Below, in pieces: positions 1 through 8,679 of a stretch of DNA of 64,000 bases. Positions within the stretch are counted from its first letter, which is position 1. Each line of letters opens with the position of its first letter. The DNA comes from a virus (Duplodnaviria; Caudoviricetes), in the IMG/VR virus record IMGVR_UViG_3300008259_002957. One strand, 5' to 3'. Under the pieces are notes generated by a model, which was not told the origin of the DNA, ran no database searches, and saw only the letters and a list, made by a program, of their open reading frames with translations. A program made the translations under genes and the position numbers.

Positions 1-68
1 GGTTGTCATCTTTTATTTCTTTTATATTGGAAGTGGCTTTTAGGCTACCGCAGTTGCTACAATAACAA

Positions 69-96
69 ATTGTAATACAGTATTTGTAATTGTCAA
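69..96 (-). promoter_or_regulatory. sigma70-like (early) promoter for a gene starting at nt 9 and running off the left edge
   Basis: Minus strand reads TTGACA-N16-TACAAT; an ATG lies at 9..7 on the minus strand. Confidence 0.55.
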
Positions 97-134
97 CAGC
101 AAGTGTTTGATTATGTTTCTAGGACAGCAACCCA

Positions 135-1637
135 TCAAAACACACGTACTCCGTAGTGTTGTGCAAAATCTCTAGCCTCTCTCCAGGTATTGACCATCGG
201 CCGACCTTTGATGTTGAGACTTGTGTTCAACAGCATAGGGCAACCGGTCTCTGCATACCACTGTTCCAGTAAACGTCTAAAACCCGGGTTGTCTGCTTTG
301 CCCACTGTTTGCACTCTGCTGGTACCGTCGTGGTGTACAATTGCTGGAAATTCTTCCGGGTATCTGCAATGTGCAGTGTATTGCATGTAAGGGCCCACGG
401 GTCCGTCGAAATATTCTTCTGCGTGTTCTTCAAGTATAGCAGGTGCAAATGGTCTAAACTGTTGACGCTGCTTGATGTCATTGACCCTGGACTTGATATC
501 TGCGCCACGTGGGTCAGCCAGTAGACTGCGATTGCCCAAGGCTCTAGGTCCAAACTCAGCAGCACCATTGGCCACACCTGCAATGCCCACAGTTTTGAGT
601 TCTTGGATCAATTCTTTTACAGGGTAGGGTCGGTTGATTGTGAACCCTAGATATGGACCCTGCCACTCAATTGGCTGTTGATACTTGGCCAACACTGCAC
701 CCACACTGGACCCAGAGTCGCCTGGATTGGGCATGATCCATACCCTGTTCCAATCTTTATAGATAGTGCTGTTAGCAGCACAGTTTAGGGCACAGCCGCC
801 CATTAAAACTAGATTACCCGAAGTAGATTTCCACCTAGCCCAGTTACTGATTATTTTAAGAAAGTACTGATAAACTGCCTGGGTAGCGGCAGCAATGTCA
901 AAGAGGTCTTGTTCTGTGTTGAGATCCAGTCGCCAACCTCTGCACCCCCGATGAAGATTGTTTTTAAAAACAATCCTAGGACTGTTATCCGGATCAATAT
1001 GTTGAACAAAGTCTTGCATGATGTCGTTGAACAGTCTGTGGGGGTTGCCGTATGCTGCCATACCCATAAGGATATATTCATCCTCGTTGGCTTTGAGTCC
1101 TATACGGTCAGTCATAGCACTGTACCACAGACCAAGACTGTGTGGATAACGTTGTGTATAAATTCGTTTTAGATCCGTGCCCTTGCCTTCCCAAATGCTG
1201 AGAGTTTCGAATTCACCAATACTGTCTAGAACAACGACAGTGGCAGAATCAAAACCACTTGTAAAATATCCAGCACTAGCATGGCTACAATGATGGTCAA
1301 CAAATGATACAGGAGCGTGGATGCCATAGTCAAGCAGATAATTGCGAATATTGTTTTCTTTAGCCTGCCACCCTTGCCCTGCCAGAAGTTGTCGAATTGT
1401 TTTTTTGTATGGTTTTTCATACCAGACAACTTCGTCAGGTTTGCCAAAATTATTGACGGCATATTCAATCAATCCATCTCGAAATATCGAATGACTACAA
1501 TGCAGATTAGGGTCGTTTTTTATACCACTAAATCTTTCACTGTGACTTGCAAATTCTAATTTTAATTTGTTTGCATCTTTATCAAACACTGCTAGTGCAG
1601 CATCGTGACTGTTAGCACTAATTCCCCAAATTTTCAT
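135..1637 (-). CDS. O-carbamoyltransferase (NodU/CmcH/TobZ family)
   Basis: Motifs HDAALA, ERFSGIKND, HHCSHA, DSIGE, EYILMGMAAYG, GGCALNC, EFGPRALGNRSLLADPR, FRPFAP, DGTSRVQTV, LNTSLN. Confidence 0.95.
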   Translation of the reverse strand: MKIWGISANSHDAALAVFDKDANKLKLEFASHSERFSGIKNDPNLHCSHSIFRDGLIEYAVNNFGKPDEVVWYEKPYKKTIRQLLAGQGWQAKENNIRNYLLDYGIHAPVSFVDHHCSHASAGYFTSGFDSATVVVLDSIGEFETLSIWEGKGTDLKRIYTQRYPHSLGLWYSAMTDRIGLKANEDEYILMGMAAYGNPHRLFNDIMQDFVQHIDPDNSPRIVFKNNLHRGCRGWRLDLNTEQDLFDIAAATQAVYQYFLKIISNWARWKSTSGNLVLMGGCALNCAANSTIYKDWNRVWIMPNPGDSGSSVGAVLAKYQQPIEWQGPYLGFTINRPYPVKELIQELKTVGIAGVANGAAEFGPRALGNRSLLADPRGADIKSRVNDIKQRQQFRPFAPAILEEHAEEYFDGPVGPYMQYTAHCRYPEEFPAIVHHDGTSRVQTVGKADNPGFRRLLEQWYAETGCPMLLNTSLNIKGRPMVNTWREARDFAQHYGVRVF

Positions 1638-1750
1638 TTGTAAATAAACGGATCTTTCTTACGTAGTTCTTTTAGTTTTTTGCGAAAACGAATTTCATCT
1701 ACAGTCCACGTAATGGGCCATAGTATAATGTTGATTATTTTGCGTACCAT
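1634..1750 (-). CDS. 38-aa small protein MVRKIINIILWPITWTVDEIRFRKKLKELRKKDPFIYK (missed by the ORF track)
   Basis: Translated by hand. ATG at 1750 overlaps the primase 3' end; its TGA overlaps the carbamoyltransferase ATG (ATGA), and it fills the gap exactly. Confidence 0.75.
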   Translation of the reverse strand: MVRKIINIILWPITWTVDEIRFRKKLKELRKKDPFIYK

Positions 1751-2718
1751 TTTTTTGCTCTCAATCTAATTTTAAGTGGCGACGACTCTGCTGCCGCTAC
1801 AATACTGTACAGTGTATATAGTCTTCCGTATTTTATCACGGCGTCATTTACGTCTTTGATCTCCGGTGACCATTCAGGCATACTAACACTCCACCCTCTG
1901 GCAATAGCCTGTTCAACCATTCCAGCACCGGTTTCGTCTCTGTCGGGTAAAACTATTGTGTCTTTGTTCAAACGATCAATCAGCATTGCCTGTTGATCAT
2001 TTATCTCTGCTCGCATAACAGCAACTCCGTCAATGTGCAGTGCATCAATAGGACCTTCCACAACAATACAGAATATTTTTTGTGGGCGTTGTTCATCTAG
2101 ATTAAACACAAACCCCGGCTGTGATTCTGTAATGTATTTGGGTTTCTTATCAGGGGTAATAGTTCTAGCAGTCCATCCTACGGTTTTACCTTCATAGTAA
2201 AAAGGAATTACAAATCTATCTCTGTATCCAAGTTCTGAACTCCAATAAAAATTGTAATCAGCATCCAAATGCAATTGACGTTTTGCTAGATATTCTTTTA
2301 TAGGTTCAAGTTTTTGATTGTCAGTGATATCTGTGATCTTGATGCTGTTTGGTGGAAGTTGAACTTCTTCAAAGACAGGCAAGTCTACAAAGCGTTGTTG
2401 TACTTCAATGCCTTCGTTGAGTTTTAACACTTCCAGCGATAACCGGTTAATAACATCGTCAGGAACGTTTAACCAACTCATCAATTGTTTAAACTTATAA
2501 GAAACATTTCTTCCAGGTTGCCAACTGGCCTTGAATCCGCAGTTGAAACAATGATAGGAAAACGTGTCGCCTTCTTCTCTAACACCACCACGCATACGTG
2601 TATCAGCAGACGTACCATTGTGTACACAGCACGGAGCATTGATCGATGTCCATCCGCTGGGCGTGGTTTTACGCTTTGCAGGCATGAAGGTCATTAGTGT
2701 TTCGGACACGATGCTCAT
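1735..2718 (-). CDS. gp61: DNA primase (T4 gp61/DnaG-like; Zn-binding + TOPRIM)
   Basis: N-terminal C-x2-H...C-x2-C (CCVH...CFNC), FVIPFY, TOPRIM VVEGPIDA and DRD motifs, KDVNDAV. Confidence 0.9.
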   Translation of the reverse strand: MSIVSETLMTFMPAKRKTTPSGWTSINAPCCVHNGTSADTRMRGGVREEGDTFSYHCFNCGFKASWQPGRNVSYKFKQLMSWLNVPDDVINRLSLEVLKLNEGIEVQQRFVDLPVFEEVQLPPNSIKITDITDNQKLEPIKEYLAKRQLHLDADYNFYWSSELGYRDRFVIPFYYEGKTVGWTARTITPDKKPKYITESQPGFVFNLDEQRPQKIFCIVVEGPIDALHIDGVAVMRAEINDQQAMLIDRLNKDTIVLPDRDETGAGMVEQAIARGWSVSMPEWSPEIKDVNDAVIKYGRLYTLYSIVAAAESSPLKIRLRAKKWYAK

Positions 2719-2724
2719 GCTACA

Positions 2725-2752
2725 ATAATAACACGACCTATCTAAAAGTCAA
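2725..2752 (-). promoter_or_regulatory. sigma70-like promoter of primase (probably leaderless)
   Basis: Minus strand reads TTGACT-N16-TATTAT, then 6 nt, then the ATG at 2718. Confidence 0.55.
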
Positions 2753-3538
2753 TCAGTTTCTTAGCAGTATCTTGTCTACAGTTGCAGTTGGGTCTGCATT
2801 AAACTTAAATCTAACATACGAGTAAATGCCGTTGAAATTTACCGGCACAGGTTCTGTTTCGCTGCCAACGAATGTTAGTGTATCAACATCCGACCAGTTG
2901 TTGGCGTTTGACAGTTGATTGTCCAATGTTGCTTGTACAATGACAGTACCAGTATAACCGTTTGAGTATACAGCCGCAGTATGTAGTGTTGAATATTCTG
3001 ATAATGCAATAGCATCTTCGTTGTCACTGCTGCCTACCCAATAGGTGCTTTCTGCAAAAAAGTTTGTAACTTCTGTTGTAGCACGAGGTCCGGGATACGC
3101 ACCTGCATTGATATACATGATACCCGAAGTTTCAAAATTTCTGTTTGAATATGTTAAACTGGTGTTGTTGTTTAAATCTTTGAGATATACGTTGTAGTGT
3201 AGGTATTGTTGTTTAACATCTCGCAACTCGTTGTCTGTGAGGGTAACTTGGAATGTGCCTTTTAGTGGAGATGCAGTTGAGTAGTCGTCAGTTACTGTGC
3301 ATTCTTTTTCCAGTACCATGCTTTGATTTTCGTCAAACAATACTATCCATACACTGTAGCCTGCAAGTGATACACTTTTTTGATCAGCATTTAACAGTTT
3401 AAATTGTATGGTATTATCAATATTTCTATATACTTTTAAGTTTCTAGTATACACAGGTCTATACTCCACTACGAATCCGGCTTCATTAGATACTAGAATT
3501 ATTCTATCGTTAAATAAATATCTAGGGATTAACTGCAT
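2753..3538 (-). CDS. hypothetical protein, beta-rich, probable virion/baseplate-associated
   Basis: 261-aa ORF preceded by ATAAATA (3560-3566); DNTIQFKLLNADQKSV segment resembles BppU-type N-terminal domains (weak). Confidence 0.6.
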   Translation of the reverse strand: MQLIPRYLFNDRIILVSNEAGFVVEYRPVYTRNLKVYRNIDNTIQFKLLNADQKSVSLAGYSVWIVLFDENQSMVLEKECTVTDDYSTASPLKGTFQVTLTDNELRDVKQQYLHYNVYLKDLNNNTSLTYSNRNFETSGIMYINAGAYPGPRATTEVTNFFAESTYWVGSSDNEDAIALSEYSTLHTAAVYSNGYTGTVIVQATLDNQLSNANNWSDVDTLTFVGSETEPVPVNFNGIYSYVRFKFNADPTATVDKILLRN

Positions 3539-3572
3539 ACCGATTCCTCATTACAGATATATTTATGGTAAA

Positions 3573-3941
3573 ATGTTATTAAAAGAAATAGAAGAACAAT
3601 TTCCTTACGTTAGTGTTGTTGCTTATGGCGGCGGCGAATATGTTGGAATCATATCAAATCAAGATCAGTACGTTACAACAATGTTTGTTTATACAAATTT
3701 GAAATCAGATGATCACAAAAAGTTGCTGTTGGATCTAGGCGAAGTATGGTGGTGGGAGTCAAATAGATTGATTCCTATTAACACATTTCTCAGAAGAGAA
3801 ATTGAACCTTTGCGTTATTGTATGATGACCATGAACAGCAAAGATGTTAAGTTAGTCATAGGGCATTGCGTTAATCTTAACAATCTAGCACTGAAACGAG
3901 TAAAACGTAAAAGTGTTCAATTAATTAAAAAACTTAGATAA
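3573..3941 (+). CDS. hypothetical protein (122 aa; start reassigned to ATG 3573)
   Basis: The ORF track starts at 3408, but that part is antisense to the neighbouring gene; MLLKEIEEQFPYVSVV begins right after the divergent intergenic gap. Confidence 0.7.
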   Translation: MLLKEIEEQFPYVSVVAYGGGEYVGIISNQDQYVTTMFVYTNLKSDDHKKLLLDLGEVWWWESNRLIPINTFLRREIEPLRYCMMTMNSKDVKLVIGHCVNLNNLALKRVKRKSVQLIKKLR

Positions 3942-4488
3942 TATTTTCGCATAATAAATTTAAATGTACTACAACTGCTGCCGCGTAAGACACAGCATGG
4001 GCCTTTTTAAAGTAGTACTGATCATTCGCTGGCTTTGTCCAAACTTCGCTTTTGATCTTTGCCCAACTTTCATTTAGCAAATATCTTTTAGCCGGTCTAA
4101 TAATAGCCAACGCACATGCCAATTCTTCAATGTTAGTGGGCTTTAACGTTCGTAGAATATCACCATGACCAGATACATGAAACAGTTGATCTACCATTTC
4201 ATTGTGTTGTAACAATTCCCAAAGTGGTTCACGGTTCAGCAATTCAGTTAGGTGTTCTTCGTCTTTAACATCCTTGTAGATATTAACGTTTAGAAAGTCT
4301 AGTTTAAAGTACCCACGTTGATCAGCAGTTTTATAATCAATAGTTGCAACGTTATCCAATGGATTGTGTGGCACCGGAGTAACATAGATTCCGGTGTTGT
4401 GTTTTTTACCAGTTTCTAGTGCAGCCACGTGATGTGTGAGTTTTGACAAAATTATATCGCGGTTTGGAAAGTCAATATCGATATCCAT
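3934..4488 (-). CDS. dnaE: minimal DnaE-like (family C DNA polymerase core) protein
   Basis: MDIDIDFP (cf. PDFDVDF), HNTG, FKLDFLN (cf. KFDFLG), LKPTNIEELACALAIIRP, YFKKAHAVSYA (cf. FNKSHAAAY); only 184 aa. Confidence 0.75.
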   Translation of the reverse strand: MDIDIDFPNRDIILSKLTHHVAALETGKKHNTGIYVTPVPHNPLDNVATIDYKTADQRGYFKLDFLNVNIYKDVKDEEHLTELLNREPLWELLQHNEMVDQLFHVSGHGDILRTLKPTNIEELACALAIIRPAKRYLLNESWAKIKSEVWTKPANDQYYFKKAHAVSYAAAVVVHLNLLCENII

Positions 4489-5234
4489 TATAGTTTTGCT
4501 TCTCCTGCAATCTGCTTGACCAGTTCAACATCTTTGGGTTGTCGTTTAAAACGCAAAGACCAGTGTTCTGGATTCATAATATAGTATACCATGGTTAGTT
4601 GTTCGTCGTTAAATTTTGCAAGCATTTCTTTTCCTGACTTGCAGTTTAATATCAGCCACGGCGATATCTTACCGTCTTTGATATCGTATGTTGCTCTGTT
4701 TAACGAAACGTTGTTGAAATAATTATTCCAAGAGTTGTTGTGTGTTTCTGCCCAATCAACCATGGTATTAACGCTACGCTCAAGTGCAGTTTCAACACCT
4801 TCTTTCATGATTAGTTCAACAGCGTATTTTTCATACATTTCTTCTCTGCACCAATGGTCGAGTTTAACGCCACTGGTTACAACATGGTCTATGTACTTTT
4901 CGGGGTATAATGGTCTAACATTGGATAAGAAACTACCAAACTTTACAAACGCATTGTAGAAAGAACTTTTACAAAATTCTTCGTAGGTTTTGATGCCTTT
5001 GTAGCCTGCACTCAGTTGATAGAATCTTACAAATGTTTGATAGCCCAGTTGAACACGCTTTTCGTCTTTTTGTAAATGTCTACGCTTTTGTTCACACATA
5101 TGTACAAGGAGAGTTTGCTCCTTGCTGTAGCCTGTGCCGCAGTATTCGCATACATAGGGCTTAGATGTCAATTTTTTCGTAGCCGTGTTCTTTGGCAAGT
5201 TGTTTGATTTCTTCTTTTGTAGATATTCTAGCAA
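4488..5234 (-). CDS. C2H2 zinc-finger protein; C-terminus weakly reminiscent of T4 gp59 helicase loader
   Basis: YVCEYCGTGYSKEQTLLVHMC zinc finger; DIKDGKISPWLILN. True start may be the TTG at 5171. Confidence 0.55.
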   Translation of the reverse strand: MLEYLQKKKSNNLPKNTATKKLTSKPYVCEYCGTGYSKEQTLLVHMCEQKRRHLQKDEKRVQLGYQTFVRFYQLSAGYKGIKTYEEFCKSSFYNAFVKFGSFLSNVRPLYPEKYIDHVVTSGVKLDHWCREEMYEKYAVELIMKEGVETALERSVNTMVDWAETHNNSWNNYFNNVSLNRATYDIKDGKISPWLILNCKSGKEMLAKFNDEQLTMVYYIMNPEHWSLRFKRQPKDVELVKQIAGEAKL

Positions 5235-5631
5235 TTAGTTCAACCTCGTCTAGTTTTTTGTCAGGGTAAAGTTTCATTAAAAATTGTACAGTCTTCGAAC
5301 TGGAATCTGCTTTTCTATCTAGTTTAATCCATGGATGAAATTCTTTTTTTCCTGTATTGCCCGAAATGCATAGTAATTGCCATTGCAGTTTTGGATGATT
5401 TGCTCCCAGCACTGCCCAGTTCTTATTGTAATATTCATTAACTTTAAAGACTGCTAGTTCTTGTTTGTCTCTACTACCTTTAACACTACTAACATATCTA
5501 TTGAGATTCCAAAGGTCGCCTTTGATATCTTTTTGTCCGTTTTCGTCAGAGGCATCCCACAACTCTTTGATGCCCAAGTCAATTGCTGGCATCATGTCGT
5601 CGAAGAGATCTATGTATTTGTTTTTTCCCAT
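5161..5631 (-). CDS. possible clamp-loader small subunit (T4 gp62-like)
   Basis: WNLNRYVS...VNEY...HPKLQWQLL...HPWIK spacing resembles gp62; GGAGG RBS; size 156 aa. Confidence 0.45.
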   Translation of the reverse strand: MGKNKYIDLFDDMMPAIDLGIKELWDASDENGQKDIKGDLWNLNRYVSSVKGSRDKQELAVFKVNEYYNKNWAVLGANHPKLQWQLLCISGNTGKKEFHPWIKLDRKADSSSKTVQFLMKLYPDKKLDEVELIARISTKEEIKQLAKEHGYEKIDI

Positions 5632-6284
5632 AATTTCAAGTCCTCCGGTGTGTTAATCTCAATTCCATCAAATTCAACTTCAACAACACCAATTTTGATA
5701 CCGTTTTGAATCCAGCGCAATTGCTCAAGTTTCTCAGTGTCTTCTTCTACAAACTTTTTACTTACATTATAGTATGACTTAGCAATTCTATTATAACCGT
5801 AAATTCCTAAATGTCTATCACCATATGACAACGGTGCTCTTAAAAACCAATGGGCTCTGCTTCTGTTGTGAATCATTTTAACAACGTTTGGATTTTGACG
5901 ATCGTTAACATCCATAGTAGAATATGCTGTTGCAACATCCGAAAATGTTTTTAGTTCTATGTCAATTTTCATTAACATTTCAGCAGTAACATCGGGCATG
6001 TCGCCCTGTACGTTAATGTATCGATCATATTGCAATACTTCGTCAATAACTTCCATACAACGACTAGTACCGTTTTCGTGATCAGTACTGGTCATTATTA
6101 CTCGCTTTTTTGGAAGAATGTCGGCAATTTCTTGGCTATCAGTAAGCACGTAGGTTTCATATCCAAAGTTCCAACATTTATTAAACACGTGATGAATCAA
6201 TGGTTGGCCATTAAGATTGGCCAACATTTTTTTTGGAAACCTAGTACTGGCTAATCTAGCCGGAATTAAAACTGCTGTGGTCAT
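5610..6284 (-). CDS. kdsB: 3-deoxy-manno-octulosonate cytidylyltransferase (CMP-Kdo synthetase)
   Basis: IPARLASTRFPKKML, HENGTSR, INVQGDMP, HLGIYGY, EKLEQLR. Confidence 0.92.
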   Translation of the reverse strand: MTTAVLIPARLASTRFPKKMLANLNGQPLIHHVFNKCWNFGYETYVLTDSQEIADILPKKRVIMTSTDHENGTSRCMEVIDEVLQYDRYINVQGDMPDVTAEMLMKIDIELKTFSDVATAYSTMDVNDRQNPNVVKMIHNRSRAHWFLRAPLSYGDRHLGIYGYNRIAKSYYNVSKKFVEEDTEKLEQLRWIQNGIKIGVVEVEFDGIEINTPEDLKLWEKTNT

Positions 6285-6847
6285 TTATATAACACAAATA
6301 CGCCACGGCGATTCTGTGACCATGCAACTTCATTTGAACCTAGTACCGCCGGCCGTTCTTTTCCAAAACTAACTGTTTGGATCCTATTAGCATCAATACC
6401 TTTAGCAACAAGACTATCTTTGAGTGCCGATGCACGTTTTTCTCCTAGGTACAAGTTATATTCTCTTGTTCCGCGCTCATCTGCATGACCTTCGATAGTC
6501 ACAGTATATGCAGGGTAATCCTTCATAAACTTTGCTACTTCGTCAATAAGTGTATTACTTTCAGTAGTAGCAATATATCCATCATAATTGAAGAATGCAC
6601 GAGAATGCCCAATGTCATCTCTGCGTGTCATTTCATCAATAACCGACTGTAGTTCAACCATTTGTTTTTCTAAAACTTCAATCTGTGTTTGAAGTTCTGA
6701 CTTGTGGCCAGTAATGGAATTGTTTAGTTGTGTTACAGCATCGGTGATTTGATCGTTAACATAAGTCTTAATATCTTCTGGTGGTGCAGTTTGTGCAATT
6801 GCTGCGGTGCCTACAAGCATAGCAGCGACAAGTGTAAGTTTTTTCAT
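6281..6847 (-). CDS. pal: OmpA-C/Pal-type peptidoglycan-binding protein with Sec signal peptide and coiled coil
   Basis: IEGHADERGTREYNLYLGEKRA, VSFGKERP, WSQNRR; N-terminus MKKLTLVAAMLVGTAAIA-Q; no Cys (no lipobox). Confidence 0.85.
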   Translation of the reverse strand: MKKLTLVAAMLVGTAAIAQTAPPEDIKTYVNDQITDAVTQLNNSITGHKSELQTQIEVLEKQMVELQSVIDEMTRRDDIGHSRAFFNYDGYIATTESNTLIDEVAKFMKDYPAYTVTIEGHADERGTREYNLYLGEKRASALKDSLVAKGIDANRIQTVSFGKERPAVLGSNEVAWSQNRRGVFVLYK

Positions 6848-7629
6848 TGTGTTCTCCTGTTGTAATTAAAGTCGTAAATTTCTTTTACTATTTTATCAAA
6901 GTCGTTTAGTTTTATCATGTTTGGACCATCGCTGGGTGCATTGTCAGGATCAGGGTGTACTTCTAAGAAGAAGTTACTAACACCCATAGCACTGGCTGCA
7001 CGACACAGAGGCTGTACATAAGCACGATTCCCACCACTGGAGTTTCCTTGGCCGCCGGGTTTTTGAACAGCGTGTGTCGCATCGAATATCAACGGTACGT
7101 TATAATTATCAAGTATATACTGCATCCCAGTAAAGTCAACCACTAAAGTATTATATCCGAAGCTAGTTCCTCGTTCTGTTATCCAAACTTCTTTTGCAGG
7201 TTCAGTCTTACTTAAAATTCCTGCCACATCCCAAGGTGCAAGAAACTGTCCTTTTTTAATATTAACAATTTTTTTACTCTTACATGCTGCATGAATTAAA
7301 TCAGTTTGTCTACATAAAAAAGCAGGTATTTGTAGTACGTCAACTGCATCGTCATACCCCTCGGTGATCATCATAATATTAGCAGGTGAATGAACATCTG
7401 TCAATGTTTTCAAGTTGGATATGCGAGATTTTAATTCTTCAAAATCTCGCATAGTGGAATGTAAACCTTGTCCACGAATTCCGTTGATGTGTGTTCTATT
7501 TGCTTTATCAAAACTGGCTTTGAAAATATATTCAATACCGTAGTCATCGCAAACTGCTTTACAATGTTGTGCAATTTCTAAACTTTGAGCGTATGATTCG
7601 TGTTGGCATGGGCCGGCAATTATTTTCAT
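6844..7629 (-). CDS. kdsA: Kdo-8-phosphate synthase
   Basis: IAGPC, KASFDKANRT, QIPAFLCRQTDL, NIKKGQF, ERGTSFGY, DATHAVQKPG, EVHPDP...SDG. Confidence 0.95.
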   Translation of the reverse strand: MKIIAGPCQHESYAQSLEIAQHCKAVCDDYGIEYIFKASFDKANRTHINGIRGQGLHSTMRDFEELKSRISNLKTLTDVHSPANIMMITEGYDDAVDVLQIPAFLCRQTDLIHAACKSKKIVNIKKGQFLAPWDVAGILSKTEPAKEVWITERGTSFGYNTLVVDFTGMQYILDNYNVPLIFDATHAVQKPGGQGNSSGGNRAYVQPLCRAASAMGVSNFFLEVHPDPDNAPSDGPNMIKLNDFDKIVKEIYDFNYNRRTQ

Positions 7630-7630
7630 A

Positions 7631-7888
7631 TTATTTACTTTCTCTACAAATGTAGTAAATCATTTTTAATTTGTCAAGTTCGTTTTTAAGTGTCTGATGT
7701 TTTTTTGCTAGTTGTATCATCTCTTGCCATTCAGAAAATGAAAATATATTTTCCATTGCAAGCGAGTCTGCTGTACCACCTATTACCCATCTTGGTATTG
7801 TATTGTGCGGCGGATCTCTGTATCTAGCATATACTGTACCGTTTACTCGTTCGTAAATAAGTGCTGCACCCGGAATTAATTTTGTCAT
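7631..7888 (-). CDS. hypothetical protein
   Basis: 85-aa ORF tightly packed in the operon (4-nt overlap upstream). Confidence 0.7.
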   Translation of the reverse strand: MTKLIPGAALIYERVNGTVYARYRDPPHNTIPRWVIGGTADSLAMENIFSFSEWQEMIQLAKKHQTLKNELDKLKMIYYICRESK

Positions 7889-8679
7889 TTTCGCATACCA
7901 TTAAACACAGTTGTTTTAACTTTTTCGTTATCTTGGTCGATACTGTTAATCAAGTTAAAATTTAAATTATGATCGTTGAGTATTGATATTAATGCTTTGA
8001 CGTCTTTTGGCAAACACATTCCACCGTAACCTCTAAGATTATTATTTACATCTAGATATAAGTCGTTTGATTTTCCAGTAAGTATATAGGAATTTTTAAC
8101 CAAACTATAATCGCAATTAAATTTTTCACAAACTTCGTACATGATATTTGCAAATGTAATTCTAAGTGCTGCATATACATTGTTAAAGTATTTTAAAATC
8201 TCTGCTTCTGTTGGTGTTAGTTGTTTAGAATTTTTTGGTAAATGTCCGTGAGCAGAAATAATCTTTTGATAAACATAAACGTCATTTGTTCCAACAGCCA
8301 ACAGTTGATGATTATTAATAAAGTCGTCTGCTGCACAACGTTCTCTTAAAAATTCTGGAACAAAGCAAATTATTAAATTTGGATATTTTTCAATTACTTT
8401 TTCAGTAAATCCAGGAGTTACAGTACTTCTTATTGCAATAATACCGCTGTATTCTTTTTTATTCAATTCGAAAATAACTTCTTCAACAATCGATGTATTG
8501 CATTTGTTAGAATCGTCTGTGGGAGTTGGAACACATAAAAATATAATCTCAGTATCTAGTACGTTATTGAGAGTTGTATCAAATTTAATGTCATGGCTCT
8601 TAACCTGATGACCCAATAGTGTAAATCCTGCGGCATTTGCACTGCCTACAATACCCATACCAACTATTCCAATTTTCAT
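7885..8679 (-). CDS. ugd: UDP-glucose/GDP-mannose dehydrogenase family protein (short; C-terminal domain absent)
   Basis: GIVGMGIVG, FLCVPTP, STVTPG, PEFLRE, KYFNN, GYGGMCLPKD. Confidence 0.88.
   Translation of the reverse strand: MKIGIVGMGIVGSANAAGFTLLGHQVKSHDIKFDTTLNNVLDTEIIFLCVPTPTDDSNKCNTSIVEEVIFELNKKEYSGIIAIRSTVTPGFTEKVIEKYPNLIICFVPEFLRERCAADDFINNHQLLAVGTNDVYVYQKIISAHGHLPKNSKQLTPTEAEILKYFNNVYAALRITFANIMYEVCEKFNCDYSLVKNSYILTGKSNDLYLDVNNNLRGYGGMCLPKDVKALISILNDHNLNFNLINSIDQDNEKVKTTVFNGMRK

Noticed and set aside
3408-3572. Longer N-terminus of the plus-strand ORF given by the track
   Set aside because: It overlaps antisense with the 261-aa gene and its promoter; the ATG at 3573 fits better. 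The same reasoning applies to track starts 39830 and 44864.
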